From Alphaproteobacteria bacterium (GTDB lineage: Bacteria; Pseudomonadota; Alphaproteobacteria; GCA-2731375), in NCBI GenBank assembly GCA_965232515.1, contig CBDDPY010000002.1:4544001-4608000 (forward strand): a DNA stretch of 64,000 bases, given 5' to 3'. Below, piece after piece: positions 1-11,176 of the stretch; position 1 is the stretch's first letter, and every line of letters starts with the position of its first letter. Under the pieces are notes generated by a model. It made no database searches, was not told the origin of the DNA, and worked only from the letters and a program-made list of their open reading frames with translations. The position numbers and the translations under genes were made by a program.

Positions 1-816
1 CGTGTCCGCCGGTGTCACGTCGCTCACCGGCAGCGGCAGGGCGTTGGCGGCCAACCGGAAGCGGTCCAACGACCCGAAGCGTTCGTTCAGCGCGAAACGC
101 GGCAGGTTGTAGAGATCGGTATCGGCATGTTGTACGCCGGAATGCTGACCGAACGCGGCAACGAAACCGGCGCCGCGAACCAGTTGCTGGTGCTCCAGGC
201 CGGATTCGCCGTAAGGATAGGCGAACAGCGTCGGCGTAAAGCCCAGTTCCTCGCGGAACCGCTGGTTCGACCGGTCGATCTCGGCCTGGTTCTGCGCCTG
301 GCTCAGCGCCGGCATGTGCGGGTGGCTGGCGGTCTGACTGCCGATCGTGACGCCGGCCGTCGCCAGCTCCCGGATCTGATCCCAGGTCATGATGTTCGCC
401 AGGCGCCGGTCGACGGCGTCGGTGGCGACGAACAGCGTGAACGGCAGCCCCGCCTGGCGCAGCCGTGGCCAAGCCTCCTCATAAACGCTGGAATAGGCAT
501 CGTCGATGGTGATCGCAATCGTGCGGTCTGGCAGCGGCTCGCGCTTGCGGAAGGCGGCGATGATCTCGGGCAGCGGCCGGACGTTATAGCCGCCGGACTG
601 AATTTCCGAGATATGGGCGTCGAACTGCTCGAGCGTGATATTTGTGGATGGGAAGCGTCCGTCGCCGAAGCGGTGATACATGAACACGACGGCGTGGGTG
701 TCGGCGGAAACCGGCTGCGGGATGGCGGTCGTTGACAGCGCGGCGAACAGCGCCGTCGCGGCGGCGATCCAAGCGTGGCTCCGCCATCGGCGTCGTTGGT
801 TGGCGTTCGAATTCAT
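1..816 (-). CDS. Polysaccharide deacetylase family protein (CE4/NodB), 3' end truncated by window edge
   Basis: Translated by hand because it has no stop in the window and is absent from the ORF track. MNSNANQRRRWRSHAWIAAATALFAAL... is signal-peptide-like, followed by VFMYHRFGD and IAITIDDAY motifs. The frame stays open to position 1. Confidence 0.85.
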   Translation of the reverse strand, partial: MNSNANQRRRWRSHAWIAAATALFAALSTTAIPQPVSADTHAVVFMYHRFGDGRFPSTNITLEQFDAHISEIQSGGYNVRPLPEIIAAFRKREPLPDRTIAITIDDAYSSVYEEAWPRLRQAGLPFTLFVATDAVDRRLANIMTWDQIRELATAGVTIGSQTASHPHMPALSQAQNQAEIDRSNQRFREELGFTPTLFAYPYGESGLEHQQLVRGAGFVAAFGQHSGVQHADTDLYNLPRFALNERFGSLDRFRLAANALPLPVSDVTPADT

Positions 817-968
817 CTTGGCGGCCCCATGTCTGTGAATCGACCATCGCCAGGTTGTTGCGCGGCCCGGAGTACGCGGTTTTGATACCCACTTGCCGGC
901 CGCACCATTTGCGAAATAGATAGATTCATTTGGTAAACCGTCCGTTTGCAACCGAAAGGGGATTGCCG

Positions 969-1562
969 GTGAGTCATATCCTAAGCGACAGGGACTTGGA
1001 CCTGATATTCCGGAACGCGCGGACGCATTCCGCGTGGCTCGACAAGCCGGTCTCCGACGTGACCTTGCAGGCGATGTACGATCTCATGCGCATGGGCCCC
1101 ACCAGCGCCAATTGCAGTCCCGCGCGTTGGCTGTTTCTGCGGACCGACGAATCGAAGGAAAAGCTAAAGCCCCACCTCATTCCCGGCAATGTCGATAAGA
1201 CCATGGCGGCGCCGGTGACCGCGATCCTCGGCTACAACATCCGATTCTACGAGCAACTGGCCCAACTGTTTCCGCACGACCTGTCGGCCCGTTCCTGGTT
1301 CGAAGGCAAGGACGAGCTGATCGAGGCGACGGCTTTTCGCAACAGCTCGCTGCAGGGGGCTTACATGATCATCGCCGCCCGGGCGCTGGGGCTCGACTGC
1401 GGTCCGATGTCTGGTTTCGACAATGCCGGCGTCGATGCGGCGTTCTTCCCCGACGGCGATGTTAAGTCGAACTTCATCTGCAATATCGGCTATGGCGATC
1501 CGGCGGCGCTGCCGCCGCGCAATCCCCGGCTCGACTTCACCGACGCCTGCCAGGTGCTTTAA
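969..1562 (+). CDS. Nitroreductase family, malonic semialdehyde reductase RutE-like
   Basis: [25 protein letters not shown] and [11 protein letters not shown] motifs; GTG start at 969 after AAAGGGGA. Confidence 0.88.
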   Translation: MSHILSDRDLDLIFRNARTHSAWLDKPVSDVTLQAMYDLMRMGPTSANCSPARWLFLRTDESKEKLKPHLIPGNVDKTMAAPVTAILGYNIRFYEQLAQLFPHDLSARSWFEGKDELIEATAFRNSSLQGAYMIIAARALGLDCGPMSGFDNAGVDAAFFPDGDVKSNFICNIGYGDPAALPPRNPRLDFTDACQVL

Positions 1563-1579
1563 CCGGCGGTCCGGCCGCC

Positions 1580-2239
1580 ATGCGCGTGCTGGCCTTCGAT
1601 ACCGCGCTTGCGGCCTGTTCCGCCGCGGTTCTGGAAGACGACCGGCTGTTGGCCCAGCAGCATGCCGCGATGTCGCGGGGGCAGGCCGAGCGGTTGCTGC
1701 CGATGATCGAGGCCGTGCGCGACGAGGCCGGCCTCGCCTTGGCGGATATCGATCTGATCTGCGTGACCGTCGGACCGGGAACCTTCACCGGCGTCCGGAT
1801 CGGTATCGCCGCGGCCCGGGGCCTTGCGTTGGCGAACGGCGCGCCGGTACTGGGGCAGACCACGTGCGAGGCCATCGCGGGTAACGTCGCGACCTTTGGC
1901 CAGGATCCCATTCTGGTGGCCATGGACGCCCGCCGAGGCGAGGTTTATCTCCAGGCGTTCGGGCCTGGACCCGAAGCGCTCGGACCCCCGGTGTTGCGGC
2001 CGCGGGACGATATCGCCGACATGGCGCCGCCGGCCGGCGGTCTGGTCGTGGGCAGCGCCGCCGAGCAGGTGCTGCCGGCACTGCCGGGGGCACGGCTGGC
2101 GGATGCGTCGCCGTTGCCGTCGGCGGCATGCTTTGGCCGGTTTGCCGCGCGCCGGTTCGCCGCGGCCCGGCCCGGCCCGGAACTGGCGCCACTCTATCTG
2201 CGCGCGCCCGACGCGCGTCTGCCGGGCGCCGACGCATGA
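1580..2239 (+). CDS. tsaB: tRNA threonylcarbamoyladenosine biosynthesis protein TsaB
   Basis: LAFDT, GPGTFTGVRIG, DARRGEVY and C-terminal PLYLR motifs; followed by rimI. Confidence 0.93.
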   Translation: MRVLAFDTALAACSAAVLEDDRLLAQQHAAMSRGQAERLLPMIEAVRDEAGLALADIDLICVTVGPGTFTGVRIGIAAARGLALANGAPVLGQTTCEAIAGNVATFGQDPILVAMDARRGEVYLQAFGPGPEALGPPVLRPRDDIADMAPPAGGLVVGSAAEQVLPALPGARLADASPLPSAACFGRFAARRFAAARPGPELAPLYLRAPDARLPGADA

Positions 2240-2706
2240 CCACGGCTTGCGCGGTCGTCCCGGCGCGGCCCGACGAGATCGCGGCTCTGGCGCGCCTCCA
2301 TGCGGCCTGCTTCGCGCAGCCGTGGGGGGCTGAAGCGCTGGCGCGGCTGCTGGCGACGCCCGGCGCCTTCGCGCTGATCGGACGGTGCGGCGACGACGCG
2401 CCGGTCTGTGCCGGTTTTGCGTTAGCGCGCACGGCGGCGGGCGAAAGCGAGATCCTGACGATCGGCGTCCTGCCGGGCTACCGGCGTCGGGGTCTGGCGC
2501 GCGAACTTATCACTGCGGTTGCCGCCAGGGCCTTCGCCGATGGCGCCGAGGCGCTGTTTCTGGAAGTCGACCGACAAAACCAGGCCGCCGCCGCGTTGTA
2601 TCGAAGCGTCGGATTTGCCGAGGTGGCCAAGCGTCCCGGATATTACCGCCAGGCTGATGGACGGCATCGCGACGCGCTGGTCATGCGCCTGTCCCTGACC
2701 GGTTAG
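2236..2706 (+). CDS. rimI: Ribosomal protein S18 alanine N-acetyltransferase (GNAT)
   Basis: ESEILTIGV..RRRGLA, LFLEV..N..A..LY..GF..R.GYY motifs; ATGA overlap with tsaB stop. Confidence 0.88.
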   Translation: MTTACAVVPARPDEIAALARLHAACFAQPWGAEALARLLATPGAFALIGRCGDDAPVCAGFALARTAAGESEILTIGVLPGYRRRGLARELITAVAARAFADGAEALFLEVDRQNQAAAALYRSVGFAEVAKRPGYYRQADGRHRDALVMRLSLTG

Positions 2707-2727
2707 CCCGCCAATTCGGCCCGGATT

Positions 2728-2973
2728 CTAGCGCTTTTTCAACCGCAGGATATATGGGCCATCCTCGCCGGCACCCGTTTCCGGTGCGAGGCTCAAAATC
2801 TCGTGTCCGTGATCGCGAACCGATCGTGGAACATTCTGTAGTGGCTCGCCGGCATTCAGTCGTACTTCGGCCGTTTCACCGACCGCCATGCGCTCGATAA
2901 GCAACTTTGTGCGCACGAATGTCATCGGACAGACTTGGTCCGTGATGTCGAGAACATGATCTGCACACGTCAT
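2728..2973 (-). CDS. TusA/SirA family sulfurtransferase
   Basis: LDITDQVCPMTFVRTK (CP motif), about 81 aa, ATG at 2973. Confidence 0.85.
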   Translation of the reverse strand: MTCADHVLDITDQVCPMTFVRTKLLIERMAVGETAEVRLNAGEPLQNVPRSVRDHGHEILSLAPETGAGEDGPYILRLKKR

Positions 2974-3089
2974 TCTAGTGTCTGCGTACGTTAACTGCAC
3001 CGCGAATATTTTGGGATTGCTAAACTTTATTTTCGGGAATATACCACCATCGAGGGCGGGACCTCTAGGTACTGGGAGGATTTTAAAGA

Positions 3090-3509
3090 ATGAGTGAGCA
3101 GAAAGGCGACACAAGTGAATTGTTGCAGCTTACTGCCGACATCGTAGCCTCACACGTTTCGAATAACGCAGTTCAAATCTCCGATTTGCCTCAACTGATT
3201 CAGAGTGTTTTTGGATCGCTAAGCGGTCTTGGTCAGGCGGAAGTGCAAACCAGCCAAGAACGTCCGCAACCCGTTGTTTCAATTCGCAAGTCGGTTACGC
3301 CAGACTATATTATATGTCTTGAAGACGGTAAGAAGCTCAAGATGCTTAAGCGGCACCTGAAGACGGCATATGACATGTCGCCGGAGCAATACCGGGAACG
3401 TTGGGGATTGCCGCCCGACTATCCTATGGTGGCGCCGAACTATGCCGCGCAGCGTCGCGAGTTGGCGAAAAAGATCGGGCTTGGCACGACCCGGCGACGG
3501 CGTCGGTAG
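3090..3509 (+). CDS. mucR: MucR/Ros family transcriptional regulator
   Basis: LTADIVASHVSNN, CLEDGKKLKMLKRHL and YPMVAPNY motifs; GGGAGG RBS; AT-rich upstream region. Confidence 0.95.
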   Translation: MSEQKGDTSELLQLTADIVASHVSNNAVQISDLPQLIQSVFGSLSGLGQAEVQTSQERPQPVVSIRKSVTPDYIICLEDGKKLKMLKRHLKTAYDMSPEQYRERWGLPPDYPMVAPNYAAQRRELAKKIGLGTTRRRRR

Positions 3510-3566
3510 GGGACGGCCACGGCAGGGCTGGGCACCCGCCGTGGCTCGGCCAGGTCATTGAGGGGA

Positions 3567-4007
3567 ATGATGCCGGACAGGTTGGAGCGTCTTTGTATCG
3601 AAAAAGGCTTGCGAATGACGGGACAGCGACGGGTTGTCGCGCGCGTGCTTTCCGTGGCAGAGGATCATCCGGACGTCGAGGAAGTCTACCGCCGATCGGC
3701 GGACATTGATCCGAACATAAGTATCGCCACGGTGTACCGCACCGTCCGCCTGTTCGAGGAAGCCGGTATTATCGAGCGGCACGACTTTGGAGATGGTCGG
3801 GCGCGCTACGAAGAAGCGCCGGAGGAGCATCACGACCATCTGATCGATACCACGTCGGGCCAGGTCATCGAGTTCCATAACGCCGAGATCGAACGCCTGC
3901 AGGAGATTGTCGCGCGCGAGCACGGCTTTGAACTGATCGGGCATCGGCTGGAGCTTTATGGCGTGCCGCTGAACCGGAAGGCTAAGAAAAAACGCGGCGG
4001 CGGGTAA
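3567..4007 (+). CDS. fur: Fur family transcriptional regulator (Fur/Mur)
   Basis: GLRMTGQR, HPDVEE, ATVYRT and HHDHLID motifs. Confidence 0.92.
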   Translation: MMPDRLERLCIEKGLRMTGQRRVVARVLSVAEDHPDVEEVYRRSADIDPNISIATVYRTVRLFEEAGIIERHDFGDGRARYEEAPEEHHDHLIDTTSGQVIEFHNAEIERLQEIVAREHGFELIGHRLELYGVPLNRKAKKKRGGG

Positions 4008-4042
4008 CCCGCCGACCGCGAACCGTCCCTGCCCGCGAAAAC

Positions 4043-4861
4043 ATGGACGGCCGTCGGGACTCAATGCGCCACGTCGTCGCCGGAGCGAAGCTGTTCGTCT
4101 TCATCGCCAGCACGCTGCCGATGATGGCGGTGCAGTGGTCGATCCTGAAGCTGCGCCCAGGAGCCGCCGGCTGGCTGCCGCCACGCGCACATCGCATCTA
4201 TTGCCGGCTGCTTGGCATCGAGGTGCGGAAGTTCGGTGAGATCGCGGCCGAACGGCCGGTGCTGTTCGTCGCCAACCATGCGTCTTGGATCGACATCCTG
4301 GCGCTGTCCACCCTGATGCCGGTTTCGTTCGTCGCCAAGAGCGAGGTCGCGAGTTGGCCCTTGTTCGGCCAGCTCGCGCGGTTGCAACGCACGATTTTCG
4401 TCGAACGGCGTGCCGTTCGCAGCGCCGACGCGCGGGACGACTTGCACGCGCGGTTGCGCGATGGCGACAGCCTGGTGCTGTTTCCGGAAGGCACCAGCAG
4501 CGACGGTAATCGCGTCCTGCCGTTCAAAAGCGCCTTCCTGGCGGTCGCCGAGACCGAGATCGACGGTCGGCCGGTCACGGTTCAGCCGGTCACCATCGCC
4601 TATACCCGGTTGCACGGCATGCCGGTCGGACGACGGTTCCGACACTACTATGCCTGGTATGGCGATATGGATATGTTCCCGCATCTCTGGCGGGCGCTGT
4701 CGCTCGGCCGGTCCGTCGTCGAAATCGAGTTTCACACTCCTTTAACCATAGAGGCGTTCGATAACCGCAAGCAGCTTGCGGCGGTCTGCCAGCAGGTCGT
4801 CGCCGAGGGCCTGTCCCACGCCCTGACCGGGCGGCGGGACGCCGCGCGGCGGATCGCTTGA
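4043..4861 (+). CDS. Lysophospholipid acyltransferase (PlsC/OlsA family)
   Basis: NHASWID (HxxxxD) and LFPEGT motifs; start may be 4064. Confidence 0.9.
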   Translation: MDGRRDSMRHVVAGAKLFVFIASTLPMMAVQWSILKLRPGAAGWLPPRAHRIYCRLLGIEVRKFGEIAAERPVLFVANHASWIDILALSTLMPVSFVAKSEVASWPLFGQLARLQRTIFVERRAVRSADARDDLHARLRDGDSLVLFPEGTSSDGNRVLPFKSAFLAVAETEIDGRPVTVQPVTIAYTRLHGMPVGRRFRHYYAWYGDMDMFPHLWRALSLGRSVVEIEFHTPLTIEAFDNRKQLAAVCQQVVAEGLSHALTGRRDAARRIA

Positions 4862-4943
4862 CTCGGTTGCCGCTCTTGCTTAGGTGGTGAATGTTCGTAA
4901 GGCTTACGGAAACCCGAAAAGTGTTATTATCAGGGCCAATTAG

Positions 4944-6356
<1,413 letters not shown>

Positions 6357-6395
6357 GCCGGCGACCGGGATGATCCGCCAGCAGATGGCAAGACA

Positions 6396-7415
6396 TTGAC
6401 GACAACCTCTCCCAGCATGGAGCAGACGCCGCTGGTCATCGATTTCGATGACAACAGCCTGCTGCCGCCGTTGTTCGGTGAGCACGACCGGCATCTGGCG
6501 CGGATCGAGCAGGTGATGGGCGTATCGCTGGTGCCGCGCGGCAACCGCCTGGCGATTATCGGCGAACCGATCGCCATGCGCGCGGCCAAGGCGGCGATCG
6601 ACGATCTGTATCAGCGGCTGAAGCAGGGTCTCGACGTCGGCAACGGCGAGGTCGACGGCGCTATCCGCATGGCCGAGGCGCTCGGTCCCGAGGTCGACGC
6701 CCGGGACGCTAAGCGGCGCTCGACCAGCGCCGACGATACCATCGTGAATACGCAAAAGCGCGTGATCACGCCGCGCTCGCCGACCCAGGCCGCGTATGTG
6801 CGGGCGCTGCGCGACAGCGAGATGGTGTTCGGCCTCGGTCCCGCGGGCACCGGAAAGACCTATCTCGCCGTCAGCGTCGCCGTCGAGATGCTTTTGAAAG
6901 ACCAGGTCGACCGGGTCATCCTGACCCGTCCGGCCGTCGAGGCGGGCGAGCGGCTCGGCTTCCTGCCGGGCGGCATGGACGATAAGATCGATCCCTACAT
7001 GCGGCCGATGTACGACGCGCTCTACGACATGATGCCGGGCGAAAAGGTCATCCGGCGCCGCGATGCCGGCGATATCGAGATCGCGCCGCTCGCCTATATG
7101 CGCGGCCGCACGCTGGCGAACGCCTTCGTCATCCTCGACGAGGCGCAGAACACCACGCCGATGCAGATGAAGATGTTCCTGACCCGCATGGGCGAGAATT
7201 CGCGCATGGTGGTGACCGGCGACGCCAGTCAGGTGGATCTGCCCCTGGGCACGAAATCGGGCCTGATCGACGCCATGGAGATCATTCGCGGCATCCAGGC
7301 GGTGAAGGTGATCGAGTTCTCGCATGAGGATGTCGTGCGTCATCCGCTGGTAACGCGTATCGTTCAAGCCTATGAGGGCCGCGAGCACGGACTGCTCCGC
7401 GACAAGGCGACATGA
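6396..7415 (+). CDS. phoH: PhoH family ATPase (YbeZ-like)
   Basis: GPAGTGKT Walker [21 protein letters not shown] and DEAQN motifs. Confidence 0.95.
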   Translation: MTTTSPSMEQTPLVIDFDDNSLLPPLFGEHDRHLARIEQVMGVSLVPRGNRLAIIGEPIAMRAAKAAIDDLYQRLKQGLDVGNGEVDGAIRMAEALGPEVDARDAKRRSTSADDTIVNTQKRVITPRSPTQAAYVRALRDSEMVFGLGPAGTGKTYLAVSVAVEMLLKDQVDRVILTRPAVEAGERLGFLPGGMDDKIDPYMRPMYDALYDMMPGEKVIRRRDAGDIEIAPLAYMRGRTLANAFVILDEAQNTTPMQMKMFLTRMGENSRMVVTGDASQVDLPLGTKSGLIDAMEIIRGIQAVKVIEFSHEDVVRHPLVTRIVQAYEGREHGLLRDKAT

Positions 7416-9757
7416 GCGACGGCGCCGACATATCGAACGAGCTGGCCGATCTCGAGCGTGAGCGCGAGGAGCTGCGCCAGGCGGCGCAGCAGGCATTGGC
7501 GGCCGAGCGCTGGTCGAACTGGCGGCCCTGGGTCGACGTGCTGCTGCTGGTCGTGTTCATCGGCCTGATGACGGTGCTGTTCGCGCCGCCCGGTCAGCGG
7601 GTGCATCCGGTGCCGCCGGTCGACAAGGTATCGGCCACCGAGATCCGGGCCGAGCGCGATGTGCTGGTCGCGGATCGCCGGGCGACCGCGCTGCGCCGGG
7701 ACGAGGCGGCGGCGGCGGTGTTGCCGATCTTCGACTTCGATTCCGAGCTCTACTTCAATCTGGGCGACCGCGTCGCCGGCGCGGTCGCCGGCCTGAAGCA
7801 GCGTCAAGGCGACAGCGGACTGACCTTCGATCAACGCCGCGCGGCGTTTGAGGAAGAGCTGGGCCTCTCGGTCGATAACAGCATCTTCAGCCTGATCGAA
7901 AAGCTGTCGGAACCGACCGATCTGGCCATCGCCATCAACTTTTTCCTCAATATCGCGCTTGACCGGATGGTGGTCGAAGACCGCGCGGCGCTGCCCCGCC
8001 GGGGCGGCATCGAGGTCCGCGATCTGGCGCTTGGCGGCCAGACACGCCTCTATCAGCTCGGCGCGATCCTGGATCTGCGCCAGGTGCGCCGGTTGATGTC
8101 GGCGCGGGCGGGCGATGCGCCCTATGGCTCGGCCCGCGTTGTCCGCAGCTGGATCCTCGAGAGCGCGATTCGGCTCGCCCGCGACAATCTGCGCGCCAAC
8201 GAGGCCGAGACCCAGGCGCAGCGGGATGCCGCGGTCGACGGGATCGAGCCCGTGTTCGTCCGCATCGAAGCCGGCGAGGTTCTGGTCCGTCGCGGCGACC
8301 GGGTAACGCCGCGCATTCAGGAACGCATCCGGATGTTGAACGAAAGCGCCGGCGGTCGGGCGCAGTGGGCGGAGACGGTCGCCGTCGCCGTTCTGTTGAC
8401 GGGCGTTGTGTTGCTGGCCGGAGTGTTCTTCCAACGGGGCCGCGTGCCGCAGCGGCTGAGCCGCAAGTCGATCTATCTCACCTTCTGTATCGTGCTGGTC
8501 TCGGCGGCGATCGCGGTGGCCATGTTCTATGCGGGCCGGGGATTGGCCGAAGGCCTGGGATTCGGACGCGACACGGCCGCTTATTTCGTGCCTTTGGCGC
8601 TCGCGACGGCCTTGGTCTCGGTGCTGATCGACGCGCGCACCAGCCTGCTGGTCGGCATCGGCCTGACCTTGCTGGTGGCCTATCGGGTCGACGGCGATCT
8701 CTGGCTGATTACCTACTATATCGTCGGCGTGCTGGTCGCCGGCATCGCCACCCGCGGCTGCCGTCGCCGGTCCGATTTGTTGCGGCCGGGTCTGGCGGTC
8801 GCGGCGGCCCAGGCGGCGGTGGTGCCGGTCACCATCGTGCTCGGCGGCGAGATGTTCGGGCCCGAACACATTCCCTATCTGGTGGCCGCCGGCGTGTCCG
8901 GCGCGCTGGTGGCGATCTGTGTGTTGGGCCTGTTGCCGCTGCTGGAATTCCTGTTCGACGAAAGCACCGATCTGCGCCTGCTGGAACTGGCCTCGGCCGA
9001 CAGCCCCCTGTTGAAGAGCCTGGCGTTGCATGCGCCGGGCAGCTACTACGCCTCCGTCATCGTCGGCAATCTTTGCGAGGCGGCGGCCGACGCGACCGGT
9101 GGCAACGGCCTGCGCGCGCGGGTCATGGCCCTCTATCACGACATCGGCAAGATGTCGCGCTCCAGCTACTTCGCCGAGAACCAGCGTGACGGCAATGTGC
9201 ACGACCGGCTGTCACCGGAGATCTCCACCCGCATCGTCTTCAGCCACGTGAAGGCCGGTATCGAGGTGGCGGCGAAGGCGCGTCTCGGCCAGGCGGTGAC
9301 CGAAGCCATCACCCAGCACCACGGCACCACGCTGTTGCGGCCATTCTACGCCAAGGCGCTGGAACGGGCGCAGCGCACCGGTGAGACGGTGCATGAGGAG
9401 ACGTTCCGCTATCCGGGACCGAAGCCGAAGTCGCGCGAGGCCGGCATCCTGCTGCTCGCCGATTCCGTCGAAGCCGCGACGCGGGCCTTGAAGGACACCG
9501 CGCCGGCCAGCGTGCGCAAGCGCGTAAGCCAGGTTATCGAGGACAAGATCGCCGATGGGCAGCTCGATGAATGCGAGCTGACGATCCGCGATCTTTCCGC
9601 CGTTGAGGCGGCATTCGTCCGGGTGCTGACGTTGGGCGTCTTCCACACCCGGATCGAATACCCGACGTTGCCGCGCTTCGAAAACGCAAAGGACAAGGAG
9701 ACCAGTGCAGGTCGACATCTCGATAACCTGCGCCGATTGGCTGACCGATCTTCCTGA
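7412..9757 (+). CDS. 7TM-HD membrane phosphohydrolase (PgpH/YqfF-like: N-terminal TM, extracytoplasmic domain, multi-TM region, HD domain)
   Basis: YHDIGK, YFAENQ, QHHGT, FRYPGPKP and LLADSVEAA motifs; hydrophobic multi-TM segment; lies between phoH and ybeY. Confidence 0.9.
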   Translation: MSDGADISNELADLEREREELRQAAQQALAAERWSNWRPWVDVLLLVVFIGLMTVLFAPPGQRVHPVPPVDKVSATEIRAERDVLVADRRATALRRDEAAAAVLPIFDFDSELYFNLGDRVAGAVAGLKQRQGDSGLTFDQRRAAFEEELGLSVDNSIFSLIEKLSEPTDLAIAINFFLNIALDRMVVEDRAALPRRGGIEVRDLALGGQTRLYQLGAILDLRQVRRLMSARAGDAPYGSARVVRSWILESAIRLARDNLRANEAETQAQRDAAVDGIEPVFVRIEAGEVLVRRGDRVTPRIQERIRMLNESAGGRAQWAETVAVAVLLTGVVLLAGVFFQRGRVPQRLSRKSIYLTFCIVLVSAAIAVAMFYAGRGLAEGLGFGRDTAAYFVPLALATALVSVLIDARTSLLVGIGLTLLVAYRVDGDLWLITYYIVGVLVAGIATRGCRRRSDLLRPGLAVAAAQAAVVPVTIVLGGEMFGPEHIPYLVAAGVSGALVAICVLGLLPLLEFLFDESTDLRLLELASADSPLLKSLALHAPGSYYASVIVGNLCEAAADATGGNGLRARVMALYHDIGKMSRSSYFAENQRDGNVHDRLSPEISTRIVFSHVKAGIEVAAKARLGQAVTEAITQHHGTTLLRPFYAKALERAQRTGETVHEETFRYPGPKPKSREAGILLLADSVEAATRALKDTAPASVRKRVSQVIEDKIADGQLDECELTIRDLSAVEAAFVRVLTLGVFHTRIEYPTLPRFENAKDKETSAGRHLDNLRRLADRSS

Positions 9758-10232
9758 CGCCGAGGCCATCGCCGCGCGGGTCGCCGAATGCGTCGGCGCC
9801 GGCGCCAAAGCGCTGCCGGCTTCCGTCGAGGTGAGCCTGCTGCTTTGCGACGATGACACCGGGCGGCGGTTGAACCGGCAGTGGCGGAACCGCGATGCCG
9901 CGACGAACGTGCTGTCCTTCCCGGCCGTCGATGCCGACGAGCTGACCTCCGCTGCTGTCGGGACCGCGACCGGCGGCCCGCCGTTGCTGTTGGGCGACGT
10001 GGTGCTGGCGCACGGTGTTGTCCGGCGCGAAGCCGCGGCGCAGTGCAAGCCGCTGGCCGACCATTTCAGTCACCTCCTGGTGCATGGTCTGCTGCATCTT
10101 CTGGGTTTCGATCACGAGACCGATGACGATGCGGCTGTGATGGAGCCCCTCGAAGTCGATATCCTTGCGGGTCTCGGGATCGCCGATCCCTATGCCGATC
10201 CGATGACCGCGCCCGTGCAATCGACGGTTTGA
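9705..10232 (+). CDS. ybeY: rRNA maturation endoribonuclease YbeY
   Basis: LNRQWR..D.ATNVLSFP and HGLLHLLGFDH motifs. Confidence 0.95.
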   Translation: MQVDISITCADWLTDLPDAEAIAARVAECVGAGAKALPASVEVSLLLCDDDTGRRLNRQWRNRDAATNVLSFPAVDADELTSAAVGTATGGPPLLLGDVVLAHGVVRREAAAQCKPLADHFSHLLVHGLLHLLGFDHETDDDAAVMEPLEVDILAGLGIADPYADPMTAPVQSTV

Positions 10233-10242
10233 GCGAAAGCCG

Positions 10243-11166
10243 ATGAACGACGACTCTTCCTCCAGTAGAAAGCCCCGCAACGGCGGGGCCGGATCCGAAC
10301 ACGAACCCTCGCTGGGCGAGGGATTGATGAATTGGCTGAAACGAAATCTCGCGCCAGGCAATGGCGATCACGATCTTCGCGGCAGCCTGGAAGAAGTGCT
10401 CGAGGGACACGAGGATGAGCGTGGCGACCTCGAACCCGAACAGCGCGAGATGCTGCTCAACATCCTCAGCTTCGGCGAGCTGCAGGTTGACGACATCATG
10501 GTGCCGCGCGCCGACATCGTCGCCATCGAGGCCAGCCTGCCGCTGACCGAAGTGGTGGCCGGTTTCCGAGCGGCGCGGCATTCACGTCTGCCGATTTTCC
10601 GCGAGACGCTCGACGACATCATCGGTTTCGTTCACATCAAGGATGTCATCGATCTTTGGGACGATGACGACAACGGCTCGATCGACCGCGTCATGCGGCA
10701 GGTATTGATCGTGCCGCCGTCGATGCCCGTGCTCGATCTGCTGGCCCGCATGCGCAGCACGCGCATCCATCTGGCGATCGTTGTCGATGAATATGGCGGC
10801 ACCGACGGCTTGGTGACCATCGAGGACGTCGTTGAGGAGATCGTCGGCGAGATCGAAGACGAGCACGACGAGGTCGAGGAGCCGATGATCGTCGAGCGCG
10901 AGGACGGTAGCTTCGAGGCCGACGCGCGGACCGAAATCGCCGAGTTCGAAGCACAGTTCGAGGTCGATCTGCTACCCGACGATCTCGATGACGAAATCGA
11001 CACCCTAGGCGGGCTCCTGTTCTCGATGATGGGACGCGTGCCGCGTCGTGGCGACAAGGTCCGGCACGACTGCGGCTTGGAATTCGAGGTCACCGAGGCC
11101 GATCCACGCCGCATCTCGCGGCTGCGCGTTCGTCGCGTGCCGGTCACTGCGAACGCACAGGGCTAG
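10243..11166 (+). CDS. corC: CBS/CorC-HlyC domain protein (YbeX/CorC)
   Basis: MVPRADI, HSRLPIF, VVDEYGGTDGLVTIED and C-terminal DTLGG CorC domain. Confidence 0.9.
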   Translation: MNDDSSSSRKPRNGGAGSEHEPSLGEGLMNWLKRNLAPGNGDHDLRGSLEEVLEGHEDERGDLEPEQREMLLNILSFGELQVDDIMVPRADIVAIEASLPLTEVVAGFRAARHSRLPIFRETLDDIIGFVHIKDVIDLWDDDDNGSIDRVMRQVLIVPPSMPVLDLLARMRSTRIHLAIVVDEYGGTDGLVTIEDVVEEIVGEIEDEHDEVEEPMIVEREDGSFEADARTEIAEFEAQFEVDLLPDDLDDEIDTLGGLLFSMMGRVPRRGDKVRHDCGLEFEVTEADPRRISRLRVRRVPVTANAQG

Positions 11167-11176
11167 CGCGGCCGGC

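Noticed and set aside
127-735. 202-aa plus-strand ORF
   Set aside because: Antisense shadow of the minus-strand polysaccharide deacetylase that runs off the window edge.
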